Part shown: piece after piece, positions 35,925-44,808 of the stretch
Layout of the letters: every line of letters begins with the position of its first letter
Numbering within the stretch: position 1 is the first letter of the stretch
Source: a virus
Reading direction: 5' to 3' (one strand)
IMG/VR virus record: IMGVR_UViG_3300043418_000120
Span: 32,001-96,000 of that record
Length of the DNA: 64,000 bases
Notes under the pieces: model-generated
Databases searched by the model: none
What the model was told of the DNA's origin: nothing
The model's input: only the letters and a program-made list of their open reading frames with translations
Program-made: the position numbers and the translations under genes

Positions 35925-36009
35925 GAAATAAATTTTGAGGGAAGGATGCGTGTGGTCACCAGCGCATCCATATTCCCATTTGTAGGTGACGTTATTTTAT
36001 GGAGTTACG

Positions 36010-36273
36010 ATGAGTAAAACTGCTAAATTGGTTCAATCTTTTCAAAATGGCAACGAGTTCACTGCTAAGCAAATCTCGGGATCTTTTGGTTTTAAGAATC
36101 CAGGACGTGCTGTTCATTACCTGCGTTCGCAAGGGTATTGCATCTACAGCAACCCAGTGACCTTGAGCACTGGTGAGACAGTTGTGAAGTATCGTTTGGG
36201 TAAGCCAAGCAAGCGTATGGTTGCCATTGCCAACGCCGTGTTGGGCGCATCTGCGTTCTCGCGCACAGCCTAA
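36010..36273 (+). CDS. small winged-HTH DNA-binding protein
   Basis: FTAKQISGSFGFKNPGRAVHYLRSQGYCIY...KYRLG. Confidence 0.7.
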   Translation: MSKTAKLVQSFQNGNEFTAKQISGSFGFKNPGRAVHYLRSQGYCIYSNPVTLSTGETVVKYRLGKPSKRMVAIANAVLGASAFSRTA

Positions 36274-36280
36274 TGGGACA

Positions 36281-36308
36281 GGGCTGGTGCAATGCCAGCC
36301 CATTTTCT
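36281..36308 (+). terminator. possible intrinsic terminator
   Basis: GGGCTGG-TGCAATG-CCAGCCC followed by ATTTTCTT. Confidence 0.45.
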
Positions 36309-36318
36309 TGGAGAATAT

Positions 36319-36672
36319 ATGGCAACTCGCAGAATCAATCTAGACAAAGTCAAAGCATCGCAAGAAGCTACGACTGGTGGTCGCAAATTTGATGGTGGTA
36401 AACTTATGTACGGTTTGCTGCCTCCACTCGCGCTCGAGGAAACTGTAAAGGTTTTGACCTTCGGCGCTGAGAAGTACGAGCCTGACAACTGGAAATATGT
36501 TCCAGATTCGAAGCGTCGTTACTATGATGCCCTACAGAGACACCTCTGGGCTTACAAACGTGGTGAGCAACTTGATCCAGAGTCAGGTATCCATCACTTG
36601 GCACACGCAATGTGTTGCTTGATGTTCTTGTATGAACACGATGTTAAATACTCTTTGGAGGAATCCAAATAA
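36319..36672 (+). CDS. DUF5664 / dATP-dGTP diphosphohydrolase domain protein
   Basis: KFDGGK...LLPP.AL....VLTFGAEKY...NW...YYDALQRH...DPESGIHHLAHA. Confidence 0.85.
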   Translation: MATRRINLDKVKASQEATTGGRKFDGGKLMYGLLPPLALEETVKVLTFGAEKYEPDNWKYVPDSKRRYYDALQRHLWAYKRGEQLDPESGIHHLAHAMCCLMFLYEHDVKYSLEESK

Positions 36673-36693
36673 TCACTTAACCGAGGAGAGCAT

Positions 36694-36951
36694 ATGTCGC
36701 ACGAATTTGACAAAGAACAACACTCTAAACGTATCCATCAAAAGGAAACGGTACTCGAGAAGAAGATGAGACTCGCGAAAGAGTTTCGTCATGAACATGC
36801 CCTAAAGAATCCACATCGATATCATAAGGCTTCGCTGTTTAACTGCGGTGATGCAAACTGTGTGATGTGTATGAATCCTCGTAAAGCATTTGGAGAAAAG
36901 ACAATGCAAGAACGTAAGTTCGAGCAGACAACAAAGTGGACAGATGAGTAA
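36694..36951 (+). CDS. hypothetical protein
   Basis: CGDANCVMCMNPRK...TMQE. Confidence 0.7.
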   Translation: MSHEFDKEQHSKRIHQKETVLEKKMRLAKEFRHEHALKNPHRYHKASLFNCGDANCVMCMNPRKAFGEKTMQERKFEQTTKWTDE

Positions 36952-37501
36952 CTTTATTTTTATTGAGCGCAATATTGATGTAGCACCAATCCTGAAACAG
37001 GTTTTAGATAACCCGCAGGATTGGTCTGCTGTTTCGGAGTATGAGAGTATTGGTGGTGATCATAAACCACCTGGATTCTTGCCTCTAATTATGGCGGTCG
37101 TTGAACCCAACGCCGATCCTAAAAATGCCGAAGCACTTCAACAAACACCTCTGTTCAACAAGTATGATCAGGTGTTGCGTTTTATTGCGTCAAGAGGAAT
37201 TAAGAAACTCGCACGAGCAGCCTTCTTCAAGTTGGCTGTTGGTGCTTCTGTCACTCGTCACATCGACGAAGGAACTTACTACTTGACTAAAGATAGATAC
37301 CACTTGTCCTTACAAGGTAGGTATCTATACGAAGTTGATGGTGAGGAACATATTATTGAGCCAGGAACATTTTTCTGGTTTGATAATAAGAAGTATCATC
37401 GGGCAGTTAATATTTCTCCCGATACTGATAGGATTACGTTTGTGTTTGACTCGCATCACTCGCCGACTAATCCGCATCATTTAGTGAAAGATTTATTATG
37501 A
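36944..37501 (+). CDS. Asp/Asn beta-hydroxylase-like 2OG-Fe(II) oxygenase
   Basis: HID...RYHLSL...FWFDNKKYHRAVN...RITFVFD. Confidence 0.8.
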   Translation: MSNFIFIERNIDVAPILKQVLDNPQDWSAVSEYESIGGDHKPPGFLPLIMAVVEPNADPKNAEALQQTPLFNKYDQVLRFIASRGIKKLARAAFFKLAVGASVTRHIDEGTYYLTKDRYHLSLQGRYLYEVDGEEHIIEPGTFFWFDNKKYHRAVNISPDTDRITFVFDSHHSPTNPHHLVKDLL

Positions 37502-37689
37502 GTGGGCTTGGTTTTATTGCACCAGAAGAAGATGGCGAATGTGAATTGTGCGGTAAGGTTGATGAACTTCGCCCTTATGGTCCAAATTATGAGCGTATCT
37601 GTTTTGATTGTGGAATGAAGAATGAAGAACTCAGCCGTCAACGTGCTGCTGAGTATATTTTTGGTATACCGAAAGTGAGATTACAATGA
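37498..37689 (+). CDS. small Zn-finger protein
   Basis: CELCG..ELRPYG...ICFDC. Confidence 0.7.
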   Translation: MSGLGFIAPEEDGECELCGKVDELRPYGPNYERICFDCGMKNEELSRQRAAEYIFGIPKVRLQ

Positions 37690-38183
37690 TTATTGAAGCG
37701 TTGCTGTTGATTGCAGCATTATTTCTTATCGCAGGCATTATTGGTGTCATGCATAAGCGCAAGAAGGCTAAGAAAGCCGCTGAACACGCAGAACTTATGG
37801 AACGATTGGAAGCAGCTAATCGTAAAGAACGCGAGCGTCGCAAAACTTTACGTATGACAATGCCAGCGCCTTATGGCTCAGCGCCACGTGTAACTGAGAC
37901 ACGTGCTCACCAGAACCGTTACTCGGATCGCCGTGTTGCCGATGACGATACAGATATGATGGCTGCAATGATGATTCAGAATGCTATCAGCCAAGCTAAT
38001 ACGCCAGTCTACGTATCTTCGACACCAGAATATGACAACTCGAGTATTTCGAGTAGCACTTCTTACGGTTACAGCTCGCCTTCAAGCGAAACCTGTTCGC
38101 GTTCGAGTAGCTCGTCGAGCTACGATAGTTCTTCGAGCTACAGCTCCAGCGATTCTGGTAGCAGCAGTTCGTTTAGTGACTAA
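37686..38183 (+). CDS. membrane-anchored protein with Ser-rich tail
   Basis: N-terminal TM helix; SSSSYDSSSS tail. Confidence 0.7.
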   Translation: MIIEALLLIAALFLIAGIIGVMHKRKKAKKAAEHAELMERLEAANRKERERRKTLRMTMPAPYGSAPRVTETRAHQNRYSDRRVADDDTDMMAAMMIQNAISQANTPVYVSSTPEYDNSSISSSTSYGYSSPSSETCSRSSSSSSYDSSSSYSSSDSGSSSSFSD

Positions 38184-38190
38184 AATAAAT

Positions 38191-38219
38191 TTGACAAATA
38201 CACACAGACACGGTATAAT
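38191..38219 (+). promoter_or_regulatory. sigma70-like promoter of the replication operon
   Basis: TTGACA-17-TATAAT. Confidence 0.85.
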
Positions 38220-38260
38220 ACCTATACATATTGATATATCATTAACAGGAGAATTGAATA

Positions 38261-38920
38261 ATGAAATTGAGTAAAGAAACCCAAGAGATTTTTAAGAACT
38301 TCGCTCACATCAATGCGAATTTGATGTTGCGTACAGGTAATAAAATTTCTACTTGGACTGAGAACAAGACGATTATCGCAGATGTGACTCTGCCTGAAAC
38401 ATTCCCACAAGACTTTGGCATCTATGATGTTAACGAATTCTTGGGTGTATTGAGCTTGTTCAACGACCCAGAGTTGACCTTCAACAACGACGTAGTTGTT
38501 ATCAAGGAAGGTAAGAACCAAATCAAGTACAAGGCAGCTGAGGAATCTACTTTGAAGACTCCAACAAAATCAATCGTGTTCCCAGAAGCAGAAATCAATT
38601 TCTCTTTGACAGCTGGCGATCTTCAACACATCATCAAGTCTGCTGGTATCCTGAAAGTCAATGACGTTTCGTTCATCGGCGATGGCAATACTTTGACAGC
38701 TTTGGTTGTTGACAAGAAGAACCCATTGACAAACAAATTTGAAATTGATGTTGGTACTACCGATCGCACTTTCACTGCCAACATGAAGATTGAGAACTTC
38801 AAGATGTTGCCAGGAGCATACGATGTTTCTATCGCTCGTATGAAAATCTGTCGCTTTAAAGCAACAACAAGCTCGTTGGTTTACTACGTTGCGGTTGAGT
38901 CTGATTCTACATCAGAATAA
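38261..38920 (+). CDS. gp45: sliding clamp
   Basis: MKLSKET..IFKNFAHIN..., FGIYDVNEFL, ENFKMLPGAY, YYVAVE. Confidence 0.95.
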   Translation: MKLSKETQEIFKNFAHINANLMLRTGNKISTWTENKTIIADVTLPETFPQDFGIYDVNEFLGVLSLFNDPELTFNNDVVVIKEGKNQIKYKAAEESTLKTPTKSIVFPEAEINFSLTAGDLQHIIKSAGILKVNDVSFIGDGNTLTALVVDKKNPLTNKFEIDVGTTDRTFTANMKIENFKMLPGAYDVSIARMKICRFKATTSSLVYYVAVESDSTSE

Positions 38921-38936
38921 ATAGACTGCTCATATT

Positions 38937-39215
38937 ATGAAGACCGTGAAAGAACTCGACGGTCGGCTCTGGCGTGAGCCGATCCTCGATGTATGGAATA
39001 CAACTCTTTTTGGTAAACAGTTGAAGACTTTCGTTTGCAGAACTTGTAAAGAGAAAGCCTACGTGTCCGAAGCGTATAAGTGCTCAACACGCAAGAGTGG
39101 TTACCGTCCTTACCATGCTTCATGCTGGAATAAGTACAACGGCAAATCGTTCTCGCGTTTGTTTGAAACACCAAAAGAGCCAGAACCAGTGGCTACCCTT
39201 GATTATTTTATTTGA
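38937..39215 (+). CDS. small Zn-finger protein with clamp-binding-like tail
   Basis: CRTC...HASC; C-terminus ATLDYFI; ATAAATA at 38917. Confidence 0.6.
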   Translation: MKTVKELDGRLWREPILDVWNTTLFGKQLKTFVCRTCKEKAYVSEAYKCSTRKSGYRPYHASCWNKYNGKSFSRLFETPKEPEPVATLDYFI

Positions 39216-39226
39216 AAGATTATACT

Positions 39227-40168
39227 ATGAGTCGCGAAGAATTTCTGTGGTGCGAAAAGTATCGCCCACAAACCATTGATGATTGTATCTTGCCTCAACA
39301 GGTCAAGGACACATTTAAGCAGTATATCCAAGGTGGACAACTGCCAAACTTTATCTTTTCAGGAAGTGCTGGCGTAGGTAAAACTACGGTGGCTCGTGCG
39401 TTGTGTAACGAACTCAGCGCGGATTACTTGTTTATCAACGGTTCAGAAGAAAGAGGTATCGATGTCCTGCGTACAAAAATCAAGAGCTTTGCCTCGTCTG
39501 TTAGTCTCACCGAATCAGGTGTCAAAGTCGTCATCCTCGACGAAGCCGACTACCTTACCCCAGACACCCAAGCAGCTTTGCGCGCTTTTATCGAAGAATT
39601 TTCTAACAACTGTCGATTCATCCTTACTTGTAACTTCAAGAACCGAATCATCGCACCTTTACACAGCCGATGCGCTGTAATCGACTTCAAAATCGAGAGT
39701 AAAGACAAACCTAAGATCGCAGCATCATTCTATCGCCGTGTCGTTGACATTTTGGCCAAGGAATCCGTTGAAGCTGATCAAAAGGTCGTTGCGAAGGTTG
39801 TAGAGACGTTTTTCCCCGATTTTCGTCGCGTTTTGAACGAACTTCAGCGTTACAGCGTATCAGGTCAAATTGATGCTGGTATTCTGGCTAATATGTCTGA
39901 TGAGTCTATGAAGGAACTTGTGGGCTACTTGAAAGAGGCTGACTTCAGCGCGGCACGCAAGTGGGTTGCTCGTAACTCCGACATTGACACTTCTGTATTG
40001 TTCCGTCGTCTATATGACACAGCTTCTGACTTCTTAGAAACACAATCTGTCCCAGTGATGATTGTTATTTTAGCTGACTACCAGTATAAGGCTGCTTTTG
40101 TTGCCGATGCTGAAGTCAATAACGTAGCTGCGTTGACTGAGATTATGATGCAATGTAAATTCAAGTGA
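39227..40168 (+). CDS. gp44: clamp loader large subunit
   Basis: WCEKYRP, GSAGVGKT, ILDEAD, SRC motif. Confidence 0.95.
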   Translation: MSREEFLWCEKYRPQTIDDCILPQQVKDTFKQYIQGGQLPNFIFSGSAGVGKTTVARALCNELSADYLFINGSEERGIDVLRTKIKSFASSVSLTESGVKVVILDEADYLTPDTQAALRAFIEEFSNNCRFILTCNFKNRIIAPLHSRCAVIDFKIESKDKPKIAASFYRRVVDILAKESVEADQKVVAKVVETFFPDFRRVLNELQRYSVSGQIDAGILANMSDESMKELVGYLKEADFSAARKWVARNSDIDTSVLFRRLYDTASDFLETQSVPVMIVILADYQYKAAFVADAEVNNVAALTEIMMQCKFK

Positions 40169-40175
40169 GGTTGTC

Positions 40176-40559
40176 ATGACCCCATTTGACTTTATCAACG
40201 CAATTTGCGAGAACAAGAATAAGGACTTGATCAAAGAGCCACAGGCAGAGAAAGACTACAAGGCATTCATTATCAACCGTGGGCTTGCGTATTATTACGA
40301 TACGGTTCTACAAGCCAACACGATGAATTATCATCACCACATTCCGAAAGATTGGCAATTTTCGTATTTGCTAAATAGCATTACCAAGAAGAAGCGTCGC
40401 ACTGCGTGGGAAAAGAAAGACACAAAGAGCGATCACTTGGAACTCGTTATGCTACACTATGATTATAGTAAGCGTAAAGCAATGGCTGTTCTAGACATTC
40501 TAACAGAAGAGCAATTGGCTATGATAAAACAAAAATACGAAAAAGGTGGAAGAAAATGA
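40176..40559 (+). CDS. gp62: clamp loader small subunit
   Basis: PFDFINAI, Y.AFIINRGL, ANTMN; synteny. Confidence 0.9.
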   Translation: MTPFDFINAICENKNKDLIKEPQAEKDYKAFIINRGLAYYYDTVLQANTMNYHHHIPKDWQFSYLLNSITKKKRRTAWEKKDTKSDHLELVMLHYDYSKRKAMAVLDILTEEQLAMIKQKYEKGGRK

Positions 40560-40975
40560 CTGTTGAGACCGTCTACTATGACTGGACGCCAGAAAGCATG
40601 CTCGAAGTGACTCTCCCTGAACCTGACAATTTCTTAAAGGTTAAGGAAACACTTACGCGCATCGGAATTGCGTCTCGCAAAGAACATAAATTGTACCAGA
40701 GCTGTCACATCCTGCATAAGCAAGGTAGATATTTCCTAGTCCATTTCAAAGAGCTGTTTGCTTTGGATGGTAAGGAATCTAACTTGACTGGCAATGATGT
40801 GGAGCGTAGAAATACCGTTGCGGTGTTGCTTCAGGATTGGGGTCTTTTGAAGATCGTCAATATGGCTGAAGCAGAACCTCAAGCATCTCTGTCGCAAATC
40901 AAAGTGCTATCCTTCAAAGAGAAGCACGAATGGGAACTTGTTCCTAAATATAACATTGGCAAGAAGAAGGCATAA
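40556..40975 (+). CDS. regA: translational repressor
   Basis: FLKVKETLTRIGIAS, LYQSCHILHKQGRYFLVHFKELF, KYNIG. Confidence 0.97.
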   Translation: MTVETVYYDWTPESMLEVTLPEPDNFLKVKETLTRIGIASRKEHKLYQSCHILHKQGRYFLVHFKELFALDGKESNLTGNDVERRNTVAVLLQDWGLLKIVNMAEAEPQASLSQIKVLSFKEKHEWELVPKYNIGKKKA

Positions 40976-40976
40976 T

Positions 40977-41141
40977 ATGAAGACTACTATTGACTTAGAA
41001 TTGAGCCCAGATGAGATTGATACCATTTTGGGTTCTCTTGGTGAACAACCTTACATCAAAGTAAGCGGCGTCATCGAAAAGATCCGAGCTCAAGCTATTC
41101 CACAATGGCAAGAGATCTCAGGCGAAAAACCACAGGAGTAA
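40977..41141 (+). CDS. small hypothetical protein
   Basis: MKTTIDLELSPDEIDTILGSLGEQPY...IRAQAIPQ. Confidence 0.65.
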   Translation: MKTTIDLELSPDEIDTILGSLGEQPYIKVSGVIEKIRAQAIPQWQEISGEKPQE

Positions 41142-41143
41142 GT

Positions 41144-41347
41144 ATGAAAATCGTTTCGATCCTATTGGCAACTGCTTTGCTGGCTTCTCCAGCTTTTGCT
41201 TATGTTGCTCCATCAGCAGCTAAGAAGGCTGCTCCTGCTGACACTACCAAGCACGCTAGTCAGTCCATCAAGGACAAGATTAAGAACAAGAAGTTAGAGA
41301 AGAAACCAGCTAAGAAGGCTGCTCCAGCGAAGAAAGCTGCTAAATAA
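41144..41347 (+). CDS. secreted Lys/Ala-rich small protein
   Basis: Signal peptide (SPAFA) and PAKKAA repeats. Confidence 0.65.
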   Translation: MKIVSILLATALLASPAFAYVAPSAAKKAAPADTTKHASQSIKDKIKNKKLEKKPAKKAAPAKKAAK

Positions 41348-41376
41348 TGATTGACTTGAATCCATACGCTATCTGA

Positions 41377-41582
41377 TCCCCATTCGGGATGGGAACAAGG
41401 TCTGAGGTAACCTTGTTAAACACCTCACTAAATTGTCCCACCTTGGGACCGTTGTCGTCTACGGTATAGGCGTCCGTGCAATTGAACTGACATACGTAAT
41501 TGTCGCTGGATAAAGTAACCAGCAAAACCGCTGTGCCTTACGGGCAGCATTTTACATTACTCGCTTAATAGGAGAAATCAAA
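41377..41582 (+). ncRNA. structured 5' leader of the sHSP gene with a ROSE-like SD hairpin
   Basis: Several hairpins, an H-type pseudoknot, and CTCGCT-TAAT-AGGAG sequestering the SD. Confidence 0.6.
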
Positions 41583-42089
41583 ATGGTAAAACCATTCACA
41601 CCCTCATTCTTTAGTCAAGACGTGTTCAAAGACTTCGATAAAGTATTCGTTGGCTTCGATGAACAATTCGAACGTTTCCAAACGCTTCATGACGATCTGA
41701 CAAAGAACATCCCCAACTATCCTCCATTCAACGTTCGCAAGAACGGCAACACATACACGATTGAAATTGCTGTTGCTGGTTTCGCTCAAAACGAAATCGA
41801 CATCACAATCGATGGTGGTAAGTTGATCGTAAAAGGCAACGTAGAGTCTAAGGAAGCTGAAGAGAGTTTCTTGTTCAAAGGAATCTCTAATCGCGCCTTC
41901 ACTCGCGCATGGGCTATTGGTGACCAATACGAAGTTAAAGACGCTGAACTTTTCAACGGTATGTTGAAGATCGCTCTTGACAAGTTGGTACCAGAAGTGC
42001 CAAAGGCAAAGAAAGTCCCAGTTAAAACTGGCTCAGGCAAACAGTTTCTAACAGAGGACGAAAAACATGAAATCGCATCTAGAATGTAA
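41583..42089 (+). CDS. hsp20: small heat-shock protein (Hsp20/IbpA-like)
   Basis: NYPPFN, IEIAVAGF, KGISNRAFTR, AELFNGMLKIAL. Confidence 0.95.
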   Translation: MVKPFTPSFFSQDVFKDFDKVFVGFDEQFERFQTLHDDLTKNIPNYPPFNVRKNGNTYTIEIAVAGFAQNEIDITIDGGKLIVKGNVESKEAEESFLFKGISNRAFTRAWAIGDQYEVKDAELFNGMLKIALDKLVPEVPKAKKVPVKTGSGKQFLTEDEKHEIASRM

Positions 42090-42160
42090 TTGGATTCCAA
42101 TGACTGACGATGATGTGGATTGGGTGAACGGCAAAACGCCACCACCTCAAAAGTGATACA

Positions 42161-42181
42161 AGGCTCCTTCGGGAGCCTTTT
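42161..42181 (+). terminator. intrinsic terminator with UUCG loop
   Basis: AGGCTCC-TTCG-GGAGCCT-TTT. Confidence 0.85.
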
Positions 42182-42203
42182 GACATTGGACTAAATAATT
42201 TGC

Positions 42204-42446
42204 ATGAGCATCAAACGAGTCCAAATTAACAAAGATATCTTGTCCTACGTCACAGCCAAGCGTGATGATTGGGTATTCAAGGCGTCGGTATACAAGGACA
42301 AATACATCCTCTTGATAGGCTACAATGACACTACAGGAGACTTTTTCACAAGGTCTTTCGCTGACTACGACAATGCTGTAATCTTCGTCGAAGCCCTCGC
42401 TACAAGGGGCTATGGTGGGTTCAGATATAACGATTCGAACCTATAA
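42204..42446 (+). CDS. hypothetical protein (CTAAATA upstream)
   Basis: ORF track; late-like promoter at 42191. Confidence 0.65.
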   Translation: MSIKRVQINKDILSYVTAKRDDWVFKASVYKDKYILLIGYNDTTGDFFTRSFADYDNAVIFVEALATRGYGGFRYNDSNL

Positions 42447-42452
42447 AAGTCC

Positions 42453-42481
42453 TTGACATTTATTCCGAAAAGAGGTATAAT
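42453..42481 (+). promoter_or_regulatory. sigma70-like promoter
   Basis: TTGACA-17-TATAAT; the ATG follows within about 7 nt (leaderless). Confidence 0.8.
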
Positions 42482-42487
42482 TATGTC

Positions 42488-42718
42488 ATGGCTGCTAATA
42501 ATCACTACCTCCGCAAACTCGCTTCTGACGAACTGTCAGACACCCTGTTCTTCGCAACAGGCTCTCGAGTAACAAAATCCCGAACACCAGACACAGTAAC
42601 CCTAACTGCAGGGCAATTTACTGTAGTCATCAAACACACGCGATTGATCACCGTCAATGGCGACAAGTGTAAGTCCATCCCCGAAGCAAAATATGTTGTA
42701 CAGGATTTGATTCGATGA
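42488..42718 (+). CDS. hypothetical protein
   Basis: ORF track. Confidence 0.65.
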   Translation: MAANNHYLRKLASDELSDTLFFATGSRVTKSRTPDTVTLTAGQFTVVIKHTRLITVNGDKCKSIPEAKYVVQDLIR

Positions 42719-42936
42719 ATAAAATTATCCAAGACATCGCAGAACATTGCGACTTCTATGTCGGTAATGAACATAGTGACAAATTATATGAGCAAAAGCA
42801 ACGTCTCTTTATGGAAAAGTTCGCCCAGTTGATTGTGCTGGAATGTGGTCAATATCTTAACTCTCCTGAGTTTATTGGACGCAGTGACTTGGACTGGGCA
42901 ATGGTGCTGAATGAACATTTCGGAGTTGAAGAATGA
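42715..42936 (+). CDS. hypothetical protein (FAELIV.EC family)
   Basis: EKFAQLIVLEC...EHFGVEE. Confidence 0.7.
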   Translation: MNKIIQDIAEHCDFYVGNEHSDKLYEQKQRLFMEKFAQLIVLECGQYLNSPEFIGRSDLDWAMVLNEHFGVEE

Positions 42937-43075
42937 TTGAATGGACTACACATTTTAAGTTTCTTGGATTTACAGTACAAACCTGTGATTATGGTGGACG
43001 CTATATTTGGTGGAAACTTGGCAACTTTAATATCGGGTACAGCAAGGATCCTGACTTTAGTAAGATGGAACAAGA

Positions 43076-43384
43076 ATGATTGACTATCACGAAGCCGTTA
43101 GAGAAATGCACAAAGGCAATGTGGTCAAGTATGTGGGCACGGTCAATGGCAATGTGATGACAGATCGTGGCTGGAGTTGGTGTATGTGCCGTGGTTGTAT
43201 TTTTCCATATCAAGATGGACCCGTATGGAAGTTAGCAGGTCGCATGGTTTACGATCCAGACTTTCGTTATGTGCTTACTGGTGAAACAGTTGATACAAGA
43301 GCGTGGAAGCCAGCACGGAATCAAGACCGTAAAGAGATTAAATCAAAATTGGGCTACAGCCGTATCGGAAGGAACAATGTATGA
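43076..43384 (+). CDS. hypothetical protein
   Basis: ORF track. Confidence 0.65.
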   Translation: MIDYHEAVREMHKGNVVKYVGTVNGNVMTDRGWSWCMCRGCIFPYQDGPVWKLAGRMVYDPDFRYVLTGETVDTRAWKPARNQDRKEIKSKLGYSRIGRNNV

Positions 43385-43647
43385 TCGAACGAATTGAGCA
43401 ACTTGCCGAACAATGCGTGACCCGTAAGTTTTATGTTGACCACGCCAGCGAAGAATTTGATTACAAAAAGTTCGCCGAGCTGATTGTGAAAGAATGTGTG
43501 ACAATGTGTGACGATACACGAGCCGACTACTTCAAACATCGTAAGTCTGCTGATGATTTTCAAGATAAGAATATCTATGCTGAAGGCGAAGCCGCTAGTG
43601 ATATAATCAAATACAAAATAAAGAAACATTTCGGAGTTGAAGAGTGA
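43381..43647 (+). CDS. hypothetical protein (FAELIV.EC family)
   Basis: KKFAELIVKEC...KHFGVEE. Confidence 0.7.
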   Translation: MIERIEQLAEQCVTRKFYVDHASEEFDYKKFAELIVKECVTMCDDTRADYFKHRKSADDFQDKNIYAEGEAASDIIKYKIKKHFGVEE

Positions 43648-43886
43648 AAACAAAATACATCATTGTGAAACAAGGCAGCTTCGAGTTGCCTTTTGTGTTC
43701 AGCGAGCTCTGTACGCATTCTGATATCGCTTACCAAGTTGGTGGTACAGTTGTTGGTGCAGGATTTTGTCTTGTTGCTGATGACCGCTACTGCTGTTACG
43801 GTGAGAGTATCAGCTGTAAGGTTAAGAGCCGTTACCACGAAGACGATGCTGTTTTAAATAAAATGCTTTTGGGATTTGACGAATGA
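43644..43886 (+). CDS. conserved phage hypothetical protein
   Basis: KYIIV...PFVF....H...VGAGF...CYGESIS. Confidence 0.7.
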   Translation: MKTKYIIVKQGSFELPFVFSELCTHSDIAYQVGGTVVGAGFCLVADDRYCCYGESISCKVKSRYHEDDAVLNKMLLGFDE

Positions 43887-44074
43887 ACGAAGAACGACAA
43901 GCAGTTGTGAAGGCTGTTCTTGATGGTGTCATGTCCGCAGATGCGCTAACCATGGACGAACTTGTCTACATTGAGAACTTGGTCAACGAGTTAATTGGAG
44001 AAAAGATTTTACAAAAATCCCTCGATGAAGGTAAAATAGTATTCATCGGAGTAGAGAACGGAGTACTGAATTGA
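43883..44074 (+). CDS. hypothetical protein
   Basis: ORF track; coupled. Confidence 0.65.
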   Translation: MNEERQAVVKAVLDGVMSADALTMDELVYIENLVNELIGEKILQKSLDEGKIVFIGVENGVLN

Positions 44075-44230
44075 AACCAACCCACCAAATTCGTGCGTAT
44101 CGGCAAGGCATGATTATGATGACCGAATATGCGTACGACTGGTTGGAAGCTGACACTAAGGTCGAAGAGCTTCTGAAGACCAGCATGTATGATGAATTAC
44201 GAATTATTAAATTAGATAAGGACACAAAAG

Positions 44231-44800
44231 ATGATGTATATGTTTGACGTAGAGACACTGGACGTAGAGAGCACCAGTGTCATTCTATCAGCATCAATTA
44301 TTGAGTTTGATCCGTCGGATACGACGAAGACATATCAAGATTACCTAGATACTGCGTTGTTCGTTAAGTTCAACGTAGCAGAACAGATTAAGAATTACAA
44401 ACGTACCATTAGCAAGGACACCGTTGAGTGGTGGTCTAAACAGCATGACTATGTGCGTAAAACCAGCCTGACTCCATCGGCTGATGACGTCACGACTATT
44501 GAGGGCATCGACCTTCTCAAAGACTACATCGGCGATAATGCAGGCAATTCAACATTTTGGGCACGAGGCTCGCTAGATCAAATGGTTATCGACAGCTTGT
44601 GTAAAGCAGCTGGACAAGAATTGATCGCACCTTATCATGTGTGGCGAGATATCCGCACTGCTTTGGACTGCCTGACTGAAACTTCAAAGAACGGTTACTG
44701 TAAACTGAAGATTGATTTTGACGTTGGTGCCCATGTCGTAAAACACCACCCAACTCATGACTGCGCATATGACATCATGATGTTGGTTCACGGTAAGTAA
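44231..44800 (+). CDS. dexA: 3'-5' exonuclease, DexA-like (DEDD)
   Basis: FDVETL, WARGSLD, RDIRT, HHPTHDCAYD. Confidence 0.8.
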   Translation: MMYMFDVETLDVESTSVILSASIIEFDPSDTTKTYQDYLDTALFVKFNVAEQIKNYKRTISKDTVEWWSKQHDYVRKTSLTPSADDVTTIEGIDLLKDYIGDNAGNSTFWARGSLDQMVIDSLCKAAGQELIAPYHVWRDIRTALDCLTETSKNGYCKLKIDFDVGAHVVKHHPTHDCAYDIMMLVHGK

Positions 44801-44808
44801 GGAGTTCA

